Assembly (NCBI GenBank): GCA_044376115.1
Contig: JBILLK010000001.1
Coordinates: forward strand, 451,873-515,872
DNA: 64,000 bases
Reading direction: 5' to 3'
Source: Polyangiaceae bacterium
Lineage (GTDB): Bacteria > Myxococcota_A > Polyangia > Polyangiales > Polyangiaceae
Numbering within the stretch: the stretch's first letter is position 1; each line of letters opens with the position of its first letter. This document shows, piece by piece, positions 27,974 to 37,783 of the stretch. A program made the translations under genes and the position numbers. The notes beneath the pieces were generated by a model that saw nothing but the letters and a program-made list of their open reading frames with translations, ran no database searches and was not told the origin of the DNA.

Positions 27974-28990
27974 ATGGTTGGTCGTAGGTTTGGTCACTGG
28001 GCGATGGTAGCCGGTTTGTGGAGTTGCTCTCCCTCCGGCGGCGAGCAGTCGCCGAGCAATGCCGCAAGCAACTCAGCACCTCTGCTCACAGCGTCCGCGG
28101 TTGCAACCGTAGTGCCTTCTGCGTCCGCGTCGCTCCGAGCTGAGGTCGAATCAGTATTCCCAGTGGATAACCAACCGCCGCTACCTTTGGCTGAGCGCTA
28201 CTGCTCGGTGTTGCACGACCTACCGGTCATGCGCAGACGGGAATGTTGCGACGACAGGCGCGAGGCGCTCTTCACCAAGGAGTGCAGCCGCATGCTCAGT
28301 TATTCGCTTCGAAGCGGCGCTACCAGTCTGGCAGAGGACTCCGTGGCAAAGTGTGAGGCAGCGTATCGTACGCAACTCGAAGGCTGCGGATGGGTTGGAG
28401 CCGAGCCGCCTCAAGCACCCACTGAATGCCGTGAGCTGCTCACTGGAACCCGAAAGCGCAGTGAGCTTTGTCGCAGTAGCCTAGAGTGTGCGGTCGGAGA
28501 TAGTTGTGCTGGTCTTTCAGCGACCAACGCTGGGGTCTGTAGCGCGCCCAAAGCCGCAGGAGGCATGTGTCAGACTGCAATCGACAGTCTTGCGACCTAT
28601 CTGTTCAACGGTGACGCCTCGCACCCTGAATGCGCAGGCGTGTGTGACAAGCTTCGCTGTCGCGATGCAGCAGCGATAGGCGCTACTTGCAGCTCGACTC
28701 TCGAGTGCGGCGCGGGCCGACGTTGCAGCAAGGGAACCTGCGTCAACGGGCCCCTCGCAAGCTTGTCACAGCCATGCTCCGATGACCTCCCTTGTGCCGA
28801 GGATCTGCGCTGTATCGACCGCACTTGCCGCGAAGCTCAGCCCGAGGGAGCACCGTGTACATCAGACCTTGCATGCCTTGGCGGCTGCGACTCAGGTAAG
28901 TGCGGCAAGCGCTGTGTGGTAGCGAAGACCCCCGACTTCTCGAAGGCTCTATCACCGCGCTCAGCCTCACCACCGGCGCCCCGACGCTGA
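27974..28990 (+). CDS. Cys-rich lipoprotein (Dickkopf/EB-like repeats)
   Basis: GLWSC lipobox; repeated G..C.S..EC..G..C motifs; more than 30 Cys. Confidence 0.7.
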   Translation: MVGRRFGHWAMVAGLWSCSPSGGEQSPSNAASNSAPLLTASAVATVVPSASASLRAEVESVFPVDNQPPLPLAERYCSVLHDLPVMRRRECCDDRREALFTKECSRMLSYSLRSGATSLAEDSVAKCEAAYRTQLEGCGWVGAEPPQAPTECRELLTGTRKRSELCRSSLECAVGDSCAGLSATNAGVCSAPKAAGGMCQTAIDSLATYLFNGDASHPECAGVCDKLRCRDAAAIGATCSSTLECGAGRRCSKGTCVNGPLASLSQPCSDDLPCAEDLRCIDRTCREAQPEGAPCTSDLACLGGCDSGKCGKRCVVAKTPDFSKALSPRSASPPAPRR

Positions 28991-29039
28991 CGGTCGAGCA
29001 ACCACGCTTCTTGTTGACGCGTAACGATCCCACGCCCCT

Positions 29040-31154
29040 ATGCGCATCATTACTTCAGTACTTGCGTGCCTGAGCTGCCTGCCCTGGGCTGGTATGGCTT
29101 GGAGCCACGATGAGAAAGCTCCGCCAGAGCCAGAACCGGAAGAGTTGCCTCCACCGGATCCACACCCAACTCACCCTGCGCCAGTAACGGTTCGCGTGGA
29201 AGGACAGCGTAGACCTAGTTCCGCGAGTGAGCTCGTCATCGACCGCGACTTGGTTCGCGCGGCGCCCCACAAGACTGGCAGTGACGTACTCACGGTAGTC
29301 CCAGGCGTTTTTATCACTCAGCACAGCGGGCAAGGCAAAGCCCATCAGATTTTTCTACGTGGCTTTGACGCTGAGCACGGACAAGACGTTGAGATCTCAG
29401 CCGGCGGTGTACCCGTCAATGAGATCTCCAACATTCACGGCCAGGGCTATGCCGATATGCACTTCGTCATCCCCGAGGTTGTGCGCCAAGTCCGTTCCTT
29501 GCCTGGCACCTACGACGTGCGGCAGGGGGACTTCGCCGTAGCGGGGTCACTCCAGCTCGACTTCGGATATGACGAGCCGGGCTTTACGGCGTCGACTACG
29601 CTTGGCTCGTTCTTCGAGCGGCGCCTGCTTCTCGCCTATCACCCGGCCTCCTTCGACCAGGAGACCTTCGTTGCATTCGAGGCCCAAGCGACGGATGGAT
29701 TTGGGCCCAATCGCGCAGCGAAGCGAATGAGCGCAATTGGGCAGCTTGGGCTCGACCTAGGCGAGGCTGCGCACCTGCGGGTGCAATCCTCCTTTTATGC
29801 TGGACGCTTCGACTCCGCCGGCGTGGTTCCACTTGCGAAGCTGCGGGATCCCGAGTTTGACCCCTTCACGACGCTCGATCCGAATCAGGGCGGGGATTCA
29901 ATGCGAGTGCAGGTGATCGCAGAGATTACCCAGCAAACAGATGACGCCTCCCGAGACAGGTTCAGCGTTGCGCCCTACTTCATTGCACGCGACCTGCGAC
30001 TTCGGCACAATTTCACTGGCTACTTAATCGATGAAGTCAACGGTGATGGTACACAACAGACCAACACAGCGAAGACCGTTGGGCTGACGGGGCGCTACGC
30101 GCATCGCTTTGACTGGCTATCGCCCCGTGACGAGGTTGAGTTTGGCGTGGTCGCGCGCAGCGACTGGATCGACCAAACTCAAGTCCGGCTCTCCGGCGTG
30201 AATGACCGGGTCACCGCCAACTTGGTCGACGCCGAGGTACGCGGTACGAACCTCGCGGGGTACGCGTCGGCTGAGCTCCACGCTTGGAACCGGCTTCGCA
30301 TCAAAGGGGGGCTACGCGCCGACGGTCTGTTCTTCAGCACGTTGGACGGAGTGCGCGAAGATTCCGGTGCTGAGCGGAGTTCGATGGGCTTCCATCTTGG
30401 ACCGAAGGTCACCGTGGATGTGCTCGCGACCACTGGGCTCAACTTGCTCGCTAGCTTTGGTACCGGTTTTCGCAGTCCGCAGGCGCGAAGCTTGGCGAAC
30501 GCTGAACCTACCCCGTTTACAGAGGTGCTGTCTTTTGAGGGCGGTGCGCGTTACAGCACAGGCCAGGACCTGACGGCGTCGTTGGCGGCGTTCCATACAC
30601 GCCTCTCCAACGACCTCGTTTTTGATCAGGCGCTTGCGCGCAATGAGCCTGTGGGCGCAACCGAGCGGACCGGTGGGGTTGCCACTGTCACGACAAGGCC
30701 CAACGCCTGGTTTGTTTCGCAGGCCTCCGTCACCGTCACGCATGCAGCCTTCAGCGAGACGGATGCGCAACACAATGAAGGTGACTTACTCCCGTACGCG
30801 CCACAGGTCGTAGCCCGTTCGGACCTCGGTTTGGCACCTGAGCTTACTACGATATTGAACCGGGCGCTCGTTCTGAAGGCTGGCCTTGGTCTCTCGCTCA
30901 TTGCGCGTCGGACGCTGCCCTTCTCCGAGCTAGGAACCAACATCTTCCAAGCGGACGCCTCGCTCGGATTGCGGTGGCAGGAAGTCGAGTTCAAGGCCGA
31001 CGTCTACAACTTGCTTGATGCTCGTTGGTTCGATGGGGAGTTCACCTATGCGTCAAGCTTCGAGCCGGGTGCCGCTTCGCAATTGGTTCCACAACGCCAT
31101 GTGTCGCTCGGGGCTCCTTTGACGTTCTTTGCAACAGCGAGCGCCTACTTGTGA
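29040..31154 (+). CDS. TonB-dependent receptor
   Basis: Signal peptide; plug QHSGQGKAHQIFLRGFDAEHGQD...HGQGYAD; GLRADG; SFGTGFRSP; YNLLD; C-terminal beta-strand. Confidence 0.9.
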   Translation: MRIITSVLACLSCLPWAGMAWSHDEKAPPEPEPEELPPPDPHPTHPAPVTVRVEGQRRPSSASELVIDRDLVRAAPHKTGSDVLTVVPGVFITQHSGQGKAHQIFLRGFDAEHGQDVEISAGGVPVNEISNIHGQGYADMHFVIPEVVRQVRSLPGTYDVRQGDFAVAGSLQLDFGYDEPGFTASTTLGSFFERRLLLAYHPASFDQETFVAFEAQATDGFGPNRAAKRMSAIGQLGLDLGEAAHLRVQSSFYAGRFDSAGVVPLAKLRDPEFDPFTTLDPNQGGDSMRVQVIAEITQQTDDASRDRFSVAPYFIARDLRLRHNFTGYLIDEVNGDGTQQTNTAKTVGLTGRYAHRFDWLSPRDEVEFGVVARSDWIDQTQVRLSGVNDRVTANLVDAEVRGTNLAGYASAELHAWNRLRIKGGLRADGLFFSTLDGVREDSGAERSSMGFHLGPKVTVDVLATTGLNLLASFGTGFRSPQARSLANAEPTPFTEVLSFEGGARYSTGQDLTASLAAFHTRLSNDLVFDQALARNEPVGATERTGGVATVTTRPNAWFVSQASVTVTHAAFSETDAQHNEGDLLPYAPQVVARSDLGLAPELTTILNRALVLKAGLGLSLIARRTLPFSELGTNIFQADASLGLRWQEVEFKADVYNLLDARWFDGEFTYASSFEPGAASQLVPQRHVSLGAPLTFFATASAYL

Positions 31155-31190
31155 CGGCAACAGCCGACAGGAACTACCCAGCGTTCGGCG

Positions 31191-31661
31191 CTAATCCTCG
31201 AGCCGCTTTGCCTTTGCGGCACGGCTGGCTTCGCTTGAAACGATGAGCACCGGCACTGGTGAGAGGCGTGCGACCTTCTCCGCGACGCTGCCAATCAGAA
31301 GGTGATCCAGACCTGTGCGCCCATGAGTTCCGACGATGATGAGGTCCGCCACTCGATCTTTGGCAACCTCCAATATCTTGCGCCATGGCTCACCTCCAAG
31401 AATCACACCTTCGGCGCTTGGTGAGCTTTGTCGAACCGTAGCTACTAGAGTATTCAGCTGATCCTTCGCGAGCGTCTCCATCTCGTAGCTGGGCCACGAC
31501 AAGCCTTCCGCGTAGAAGTACCCCACAGGGACCGTCATACAGACGTGGAGCAACGTCAGTTTGGCTTGGAATGCCTTCGCCATCGTCAATGCCAGTTCGA
31601 CGGCGGGTTTTGCGGCTTCGCCAAAGTCCACGGGGACCAGGATGTTGTTGATGTCGGTCAT
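31191..31661 (-). CDS. Universal stress protein
   Basis: ILVPVDF, LLHV, DLIIVGTHGRTG, IGSVAEKV, PVPVLIV. Confidence 0.93.
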   Translation of the reverse strand: MTDINNILVPVDFGEAAKPAVELALTMAKAFQAKLTLLHVCMTVPVGYFYAEGLSWPSYEMETLAKDQLNTLVATVRQSSPSAEGVILGGEPWRKILEVAKDRVADLIIVGTHGRTGLDHLLIGSVAEKVARLSPVPVLIVSSEASRAAKAKRLED

Positions 31662-31673
31662 ACTCTGGACTGA

Positions 31674-31688
31674 GCAAGCTGCGGGCCA
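31674..31688 (-). promoter_or_regulatory. sigma54 -24/-12 promoter of the USP gene
   Basis: TGGCCCGCAGCTTGC(T), near consensus TGGCAC-N5-TTGCW, 12 nt before ATG31661. Confidence 0.75.
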
Positions 31689-31776
31689 GCCCCGGAGCAA
31701 GCTTATTGCGCATGACATCGGGAGCCCGCACGCAGGGTTTGCACTTCCGCGCAGCGTGAGATTGCAGATGCTCGGA

Positions 31777-33282
31777 CTAGCCCCCAATCCCAAGCGGCAG
31801 ACCGAGGCCCCACCAGACCAGCAAAAGAGCAGTCCAAGCCACGATGAAGGTCAGTGAGTAAGGCAGCATCGTCGCTACCAGGGTTCCTATCCCGGCGCTT
31901 TTTACGTAGCGGCGCGCATACATCACGACCAGCGGAAAGTACGGCATTAGCGGGGACACGACGTTCGAAGTTGAATCGCCAATGCGATAGGCTGCTTGAA
32001 TCAGCTCTGGGGATAGGCCAACGCTCATCAGCATTGGCACCAGAATCGGCGCCAGCAGGGCCCACTTTGCACTTGCTGAGCCGATGAAGAGATCAAGGGC
32101 AGCTCCCACGAACACAATCGCTACGATGGTAACGGCTGGCGGCAGGTCCAGAGCGCGCAGCCCCAGCGCGCCCTTGAGTGCGCAAAGGGCCCCAAGGTTG
32201 GAGCGCCCAAACGCCTCGATGAACAATGACGCAAGGAAGGCGAGCACTAAGTAGTAGCCCATATCCCCCATCGATTTGGCGGCTCCAGCGATCGCGTCTC
32301 GATGGGTCTTGATGCTCCCCGAGAAGCCTCCGTAGGTAAGTCCGGTCAGCAAGAAGAATAGGAACAACAGTGGAACAATCGCCACCATCAGGGGCGCGTC
32401 AAAACTGCTCAGTGAACCTGATGGGGAGCGTAGCGCGGCATGCTCTGGGACCGAGACCGCTGCAATGGCGGCGACGAATAGGCTTGCGACGATCATCGTT
32501 CCGTAGAGCGCTCGGCGCTCCCGCGAGCTAAGCCGCTCCAGCGTGTGCGCGTCGGCTTCATCGCCATCGACGGTTGTTGCCAGGAGCCGCGGCTCAACCA
32601 CGCGATCGGTAATCCACCAGCCGAGTAGCACGATGACCACGCAGGACGCGGTCATGAAGTACCAATTGCATAGTGGGTTGACGACCCGCCCTGGCTCGAG
32701 AATTTGGGCCGCACTCTGGGTAAAGCCCTGAAGCAGAACGTCGAGCCCGCTGGGCACAAAGTTTGCCGAAAATCCGCCTGAAACGCCCGCAAACGCGGCG
32801 GCGATACCTGCTAACGGATGTCGCCCCGCTGCACGAAAGAGCGTCCCTCCGATGGGGACGACAAGGATGAACCCTGCGTCACCAGCACTATGACTTACGA
32901 TCGCGACGAATATCAAGGTAGGCGTCAATAGCCAACCTGGAGTGATCTCGAGCAGCCAGCGCACAGCTGCGCGCACGAGCCCAGCGCGCTCTGCCACACC
33001 CACGCCAAGAAGAGTGACAAGAACCACTCCCAAGGGATGAAAACCGGTAAAGGTCTTCACCATACCTAGCAGGCTCGTCAGTAGGCCTTCCCGAGTGAGC
33101 AAGCTCTTTATGACCAGCGGCTCACCACTTCGGGGGTCCACGACATCCCAACTCACAGGCGCGAGAGCGGCAGAGAGAAGCCAGGTTAGGAAGAGCGCTC
33201 CAACAAAGAGCGCCGCAGGGTCGGGCAGTTTGTTTCCCACGCGCTCAACCCACGCAAGCCAGCCTCGCTTCTCCGCTGCCAT
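31777..33282 (-). CDS. abgT: AbgT-family transporter
   Basis: VERVGNKLPDP, GRHPLAGIAAAFAGVSGGFSAN, SASAKW, AYRIGDSTSNVVSPLMPYF. Confidence 0.93.
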   Translation of the reverse strand: MAAEKRGWLAWVERVGNKLPDPAALFVGALFLTWLLSAALAPVSWDVVDPRSGEPLVIKSLLTREGLLTSLLGMVKTFTGFHPLGVVLVTLLGVGVAERAGLVRAAVRWLLEITPGWLLTPTLIFVAIVSHSAGDAGFILVVPIGGTLFRAAGRHPLAGIAAAFAGVSGGFSANFVPSGLDVLLQGFTQSAAQILEPGRVVNPLCNWYFMTASCVVIVLLGWWITDRVVEPRLLATTVDGDEADAHTLERLSSRERRALYGTMIVASLFVAAIAAVSVPEHAALRSPSGSLSSFDAPLMVAIVPLLFLFFLLTGLTYGGFSGSIKTHRDAIAGAAKSMGDMGYYLVLAFLASLFIEAFGRSNLGALCALKGALGLRALDLPPAVTIVAIVFVGAALDLFIGSASAKWALLAPILVPMLMSVGLSPELIQAAYRIGDSTSNVVSPLMPYFPLVVMYARRYVKSAGIGTLVATMLPYSLTFIVAWTALLLVWWGLGLPLGIGG

Positions 33283-33295
33283 GCGGCCAACGTAG

Positions 33296-34513
33296 CTAGG
33301 TTGGCTGTTCAATCACTACAGAAGAGTGGGCAAAGCGAGCGCGTAGCCGAATCACCTCTCCGGTGGCAACCCACCGCGGGGCCGATTCGAGCCACAACCG
33401 TGTCAGCCATGAGTTGGTTGGGGACGCGATGCTTGGCCGCGTCGAGAGGGTGATCCCAGGAGCCAACGCGACCTCGAAGTAGCTCACCACAGCGTCGAAG
33501 CGACCAGCCGCGTTGGCCATGAGCGTGAAGTCGGTGGACGACACGAGAGGCGTTTCAAAGTCGACCCCGCCGACGAGCACCGGTTCAGACAGCTCGCGCA
33601 AACATGCGGCCTCTCGTTGCTCAAAGGATGTGGCAAGCGACTCCTTGGTAACTTGGGCCAGCACACTGAAGTCAATCCCGTAGTCTCGGCTCCAACGACT
33701 CGTGTTACCTGCGCCAAAGCGATGGTAGTCGGCTAACTCATCGGGCACGCTAGCCAAGTAAGCGTATACGCTTATCTCGTGCGGTATGATGCGTGCATCT
33801 TTGGTAAGGAGGCGCTTCTTGGCATCGGCAACGATGTCAACGATGTGCTCACCAAGCGGGTCATTCCCGATGGTCTCGGTCACCAGCAGCGTTGCTCTGG
33901 TTGGAAGTTCCAATCGAGTAGACCAGCCTTGTAGCACCGTCACGCGATCCGCTACCCCGTTGGCCCGAGCGAGCTCTCGAACGGTGCCCGCCATCGCTGA
34001 AGCCTCCATGGCATAGACATGCTTGGCCCCCGCAAGCGCCGCGCCCACGGCCATGACCCCGGTGCCGCTGCCAATATCGAGCACGATATCATCGGCCGTT
34101 ACTTGCGCACGAATCGCCGCCAGGAATTGCTTGGTACGCAGCTCATCATCGAGCAGTCCAATATGGGTCGGGAAGTGTGCCCAGGTACCCTGGTCTGTCT
34201 TTTGGATTGGCGTGTCCGCGCCGAGGAGTAGCCCATTGTCAATCAGTAGCTTGAGCGTTGCCGCGATCTCTGCAAAGTCTCTGCGGCTCCGAGCAGCTAC
34301 ACCATCGACCAAGGCGCGTATTGTCGATGGTTCGGTGCAGGCCGCCAGCAGGGCCAGGCCGTGCATACCGACCTCCACGGTTTGGCCATCTAGCGTGGCG
34401 GTGGCATCGCCCGCTGAACGCAACTCGAGATGGATGCGCTCGGCGCGTTTGAGCATTGTGTCGGGCGCAGGAGCCTGCGGCGCAGATGCCTCCGGGTGGC
34501 CGTTGATGCTCAA
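33296..34513 (-). CDS. Protein arginine N-methyltransferase (PRMT)-like SAM-dependent methyltransferase with N-terminal extension
   Basis: AHFPTHIGLLDDELRT; VLDIGSGTG; VYAMEAS; double-E loop VTETIGNDPLGE; YFEV...LSTRP...TNSW. Start TTG34513 (overlaps the upstream stop) or ATG34456. Confidence 0.8.
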   Translation of the reverse strand: MSINGHPEASAPQAPAPDTMLKRAERIHLELRSAGDATATLDGQTVEVGMHGLALLAACTEPSTIRALVDGVAARSRRDFAEIAATLKLLIDNGLLLGADTPIQKTDQGTWAHFPTHIGLLDDELRTKQFLAAIRAQVTADDIVLDIGSGTGVMAVGAALAGAKHVYAMEASAMAGTVRELARANGVADRVTVLQGWSTRLELPTRATLLVTETIGNDPLGEHIVDIVADAKKRLLTKDARIIPHEISVYAYLASVPDELADYHRFGAGNTSRWSRDYGIDFSVLAQVTKESLATSFEQREAACLRELSEPVLVGGVDFETPLVSSTDFTLMANAAGRFDAVVSYFEVALAPGITLSTRPSIASPTNSWLTRLWLESAPRWVATGEVIRLRARFAHSSVVIEQPT

Positions 34514-35022
34514 GCTTTGGGGGCCTGCATGGTTAGTGCGCCCAGGTAGTCACGTTTGCCGACGTCGACCCCGTTGTGACGGAGCAAGGCGTAGACATGG
34601 GCGAGGTGGAAGTAGAAGTTGGGCAGGAAGTGCTCGAAGAAGTAGTCCGCGCCGGTCATTGTCTTTCCCTCCCAACGCGGTTGGCTGATTGCGCGGCCGG
34701 CGGCGTCACTGAAGTCCGCCTCAGTTACGCTATCAAGGTATTCAATCACCGAGTCGATGCGAGCTCGCAGCTCAGCGATCGTCTTCTCGTTGTCGTCGTG
34801 CTTGGGCGCCTCTTTGCCGGTTAGCCTCGATGTACCTAGTTTGACGGTGTCGCAAACGACCTGAACCTGTTTGATGAGCGGGAACTGATCCGGCGAGAGC
34901 CGCGCCGTTAGTAGGCTATCCGGATCGAACTTACGCGCAGCACCGAAGGCAACAGCCTTGTCCAACCAAGAGCCAACTTGCTTCAACTGCTTCTTCATTT
35001 GCAACAGCGGGCGGTAAAACAT
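34510..35022 (-). CDS. DUF1993-family protein (DinB/YfiT-like helical bundle)
   Basis: ARLSPDQFPL..QVQ, EL.ARI, LPNFYFH...Y.LLRHNGVDVGKRDYLG. Confidence 0.92.
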   Translation of the reverse strand: MFYRPLLQMKKQLKQVGSWLDKAVAFGAARKFDPDSLLTARLSPDQFPLIKQVQVVCDTVKLGTSRLTGKEAPKHDDNEKTIAELRARIDSVIEYLDSVTEADFSDAAGRAISQPRWEGKTMTGADYFFEHFLPNFYFHLAHVYALLRHNGVDVGKRDYLGALTMQAPKA

Positions 35023-35169
35023 CGTGCAGTGGTAGCCGATGTTGCACGTCTTGGCTTGCTTCATTCCGCCGAAGGCGGCTGCAGCAAACAGGATGACTCC
35101 TGCCCTCCTCGGGAAAACGGCCGTCGTTAGACCTGGCACGAGTCACGAGCTCCCTCATCGATATGCAGT

Positions 35170-35208
35170 AAAGACAAGCGCCCACCGAGCCGTAGCTGGG
35201 TGGGCGCT
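35170..35208 (-). terminator. Rho-independent terminator after the DUF4331 gene
   Basis: Hairpin AGCGCCCACC...GGTGGGCGCT (35177-35208), followed on the minus strand by TGTCTTT. Confidence 0.7.
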
Positions 35209-35225
35209 CAGAACCGAAGGTTTAC

Positions 35226-36665
35226 TCAGTTCGCCGCGGCGTTGTGCGTCGAGGCCGAGAAGCTCTCCCAGGGAGCGTTTGCGTAGGGGAAGGTGTTCTT
35301 GTTTGGTCCGTCACCTGCTTGATTCACGCCATCGGGGACCGGAGCGGCAAGCCTGCAAAGCAGGAGTGAGAGCTCAACGTCCGTTACGTCCGGATCGAAG
35401 CCGCCGGGGGGAAGCGCCCGACCGTTGGGGAAGCCACCCGGGGTGCCGAGATCGACGCGCAGCACGTCGCCGATGCTGGTGATGCTGTGCGCACCAGGCG
35501 TCGGGATGTTGTTGAGGTTGATGACCTCGATGATGTCGGTGCGGTTTGCCTTGAGGACGTTGATACCACCGCCGGGAACACAACCAGCGAGCGGTCCGCC
35601 GTTCGCGTAGAAGCCAGCGAACTCGGCATCACGGACGATCACCGGATTGAGGAAGTAGGCTCCGAAGGTGCCAAGATCGTCCGAAGGACGCAGACGGTTC
35701 CAGCGGTCTTTGTCTTGCAGACCAATCACCGCTTCATTGATTAGGGGCAGGCCCAAACGCGAAACCTGACGCCACGGACCGAAGCCGTCGTTGGTTCCAT
35801 CCTTGCGCAAGACGGTGGTCTTGCGACGACTGGCCGAGGCCCAGACGCCAACGGTCTGTGCGTTGCTCGGTGTGCCGTCGTTGGCGATGGCTCCGCCGTT
35901 GGCCACGGTGAGGGGGATCTCGAGCGCGATGGCATTGACGTTGGTGAAACGAACGCTGTCTCGAGGGTTACCGCCGATGACGCTGCGCAAACCGGCGAGA
36001 TCAAAGACCGCGCCCAAGTCCACGTAGAACGGGTCATCGCGCGGACCAGCAAATACCCGGCCTTCGCCAGCCCCGAGGCTGGTGATAACCGAGGTCGCCG
36101 GGTTATCGACGAAGTACTGCTCGTAGGAGGTACCGTTCGGGATCATGTAGGCGATCGCGTTGGTGCGAGGTCCAACGTTGGGCGGCGCAACGGGTGCGTC
36201 GCTCACGAGGACAACGGGCGCTTGACCGGCAACGATCTTGGTCACGCTGTAGGTCTGAGCGAAAGCGCCGCCGCCCGAGAGCTGGGCGAAGAACTCTTTG
36301 CCGCCGCCTGGGGGTAGAGCCAGGTCTGCTACGTCCACTACAGGGTAAGGAGCCGACGAGAATTGGATCTGGTAGGTGAGCGCGTCATCGAGGCTGGAGG
36401 GCCCTCGTGCGATGTGAACCTCGTACAGCGCATCGTTGGCGAACTTCTTCCAGTTCGGCGCTGCATAGGGGACCTGAAGGCCGTTGTAACCGGCAACGAC
36501 GACGAGATTGGTGCCTTGGCGCCAAGCCCAGAGGTCGGTGTTGTCGGTGTCGGGGTCGCTCGCGGTTCCGGGAGCTTCGGAGTGGCTCGAGGCGGAGGCT
36601 TCGAGCGTCACGGTGCCGAGCAACGCGGCCATCGTAGAAATAGCAAATAGGTTTTTAGCTCGCAT
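35226..36665 (-). CDS. DUF4331-domain secreted protein
   Basis: Signal peptide; SSHSEAP...DNTDLWAW; VFAGPRDDPFYVDLG; NVNAIALEIP; QVSRLGLPLINE; GFPNGR; FPY. Confidence 0.9.
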   Translation of the reverse strand: MRAKNLFAISTMAALLGTVTLEASASSHSEAPGTASDPDTDNTDLWAWRQGTNLVVVAGYNGLQVPYAAPNWKKFANDALYEVHIARGPSSLDDALTYQIQFSSAPYPVVDVADLALPPGGGKEFFAQLSGGGAFAQTYSVTKIVAGQAPVVLVSDAPVAPPNVGPRTNAIAYMIPNGTSYEQYFVDNPATSVITSLGAGEGRVFAGPRDDPFYVDLGAVFDLAGLRSVIGGNPRDSVRFTNVNAIALEIPLTVANGGAIANDGTPSNAQTVGVWASASRRKTTVLRKDGTNDGFGPWRQVSRLGLPLINEAVIGLQDKDRWNRLRPSDDLGTFGAYFLNPVIVRDAEFAGFYANGGPLAGCVPGGGINVLKANRTDIIEVINLNNIPTPGAHSITSIGDVLRVDLGTPGGFPNGRALPPGGFDPDVTDVELSLLLCRLAAPVPDGVNQAGDGPNKNTFPYANAPWESFSASTHNAAAN

Positions 36666-36676
36666 AACTCGATTCC

Positions 36677-37783
36677 TCACTTAGTAATCAGGTAGACAGT
36701 CCCGTTGGCGGCGCGCGCATCAACCCAGCCGAATGCGTCGACGTCCTTGGCGCGATGAATGCCGCCAGGCTCGAAGTTGCTGGATAGATCGTTAGCGGCG
36801 TCACCCGTGAACACCGTGGTGTCGAAGGAGGTCGTGTCGACGACCAACGCAGCGGTGGTAAGCGTGGCAGCATCGAGCGCCGAGAGCCAAAGCTCCGACT
36901 CGTCGAGGCTGAGAGCTGCTCCCGCAGGGAAGCCAGCGTCATAGCTATCTACGATCGACGTTGGGGTGGTGCTGCCCGACGCCAAGAACAGCACGCGCGC
37001 GTTGGCTCGACCGGAGCCGATGGTGTCTACAACGTAGAGATCCCCATTCGACGCTACGGCGATACCGCTCGGGTCCACGAGCCCGTCCTCGATCAGTGCG
37101 GTAGCAGTCCCGCCACCGCTCGCAATCTTGTAGATCGCAGCGCTGCCGCTGGCCGAGCGACCAGTGAAGTAGAGCTGATCAACGTTGTTCTCGTTCCGCA
37201 CCTCGAGGTTTCGCGGTGATAGACCCGCTGTGCCCGGTACGAGGGTCGGCGTGCCGCCTGCAGCTGGTACGGTGAATATGCCACCGCGATCAGCTCCCGC
37301 TTCATCCGCAGCTGAATCAGCCACGTACAAAGTTTCGCCGCTCGTGCTGGTCGCGATCCCGAAGGGCGCCGTGAGTGGACTGCCGGTGACCACCACCGTA
37401 GCTCCGCCCGCAGGTGACCCTTCAAAGATCCCTGGAGTGCCGTTGGCCTCCAAGCCTGTGAAGTAGATTGCATCAGCGTTGGGGCTTGGCGCGGCGTCAA
37501 AGACGACGCGACCTTCGCTTACCACGGCCACTGACGTGGGCCCTGCACCCCCGCCGCCAGCTGCCGTGCCGCCCATTCCACCCATGCCGCCCATTCCACC
37601 GCCACCGGGGCCGTTTCCGCCCCCGCCGTCCCCGCCGGCTTGTTCACCACCGCCGCCTGTCGGACCACCACCACCACCGGTACCACCGGTGTTTGTGTCG
37701 TCACCACAGGCCGCAGCAGCAAGCAGCCAGCAGAGCCCGAGGAGAATCGTTGCTCCTCCGGATCTGTTGATACCTGAACTCAT
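36677..37783 (-). CDS. Lipoprotein with Gly-rich linker and NHL/SMP-30-like beta-propeller
   Basis: AAAAC lipobox; PFGIA...LYVAD and PSGIAV...LYVVD blades; GGAGG RBS. Confidence 0.75.
   Translation of the reverse strand: MSSGINRSGGATILLGLCWLLAAAACGDDTNTGGTGGGGGPTGGGGEQAGGDGGGGNGPGGGGMGGMGGMGGTAAGGGGAGPTSVAVVSEGRVVFDAAPSPNADAIYFTGLEANGTPGIFEGSPAGGATVVVTGSPLTAPFGIATSTSGETLYVADSAADEAGADRGGIFTVPAAGGTPTLVPGTAGLSPRNLEVRNENNVDQLYFTGRSASGSAAIYKIASGGGTATALIEDGLVDPSGIAVASNGDLYVVDTIGSGRANARVLFLASGSTTPTSIVDSYDAGFPAGAALSLDESELWLSALDAATLTTAALVVDTTSFDTTVFTGDAANDLSSNFEPGGIHRAKDVDAFGWVDARAANGTVYLITK

Noticed and set aside
35023..35225. Possible precursor-peptide ORF for the PRMT-like enzyme
   Set aside because: I could not identify a convincing short ORF with an RBS and Arg-rich core; the region contains a terminator and probably a promoter.
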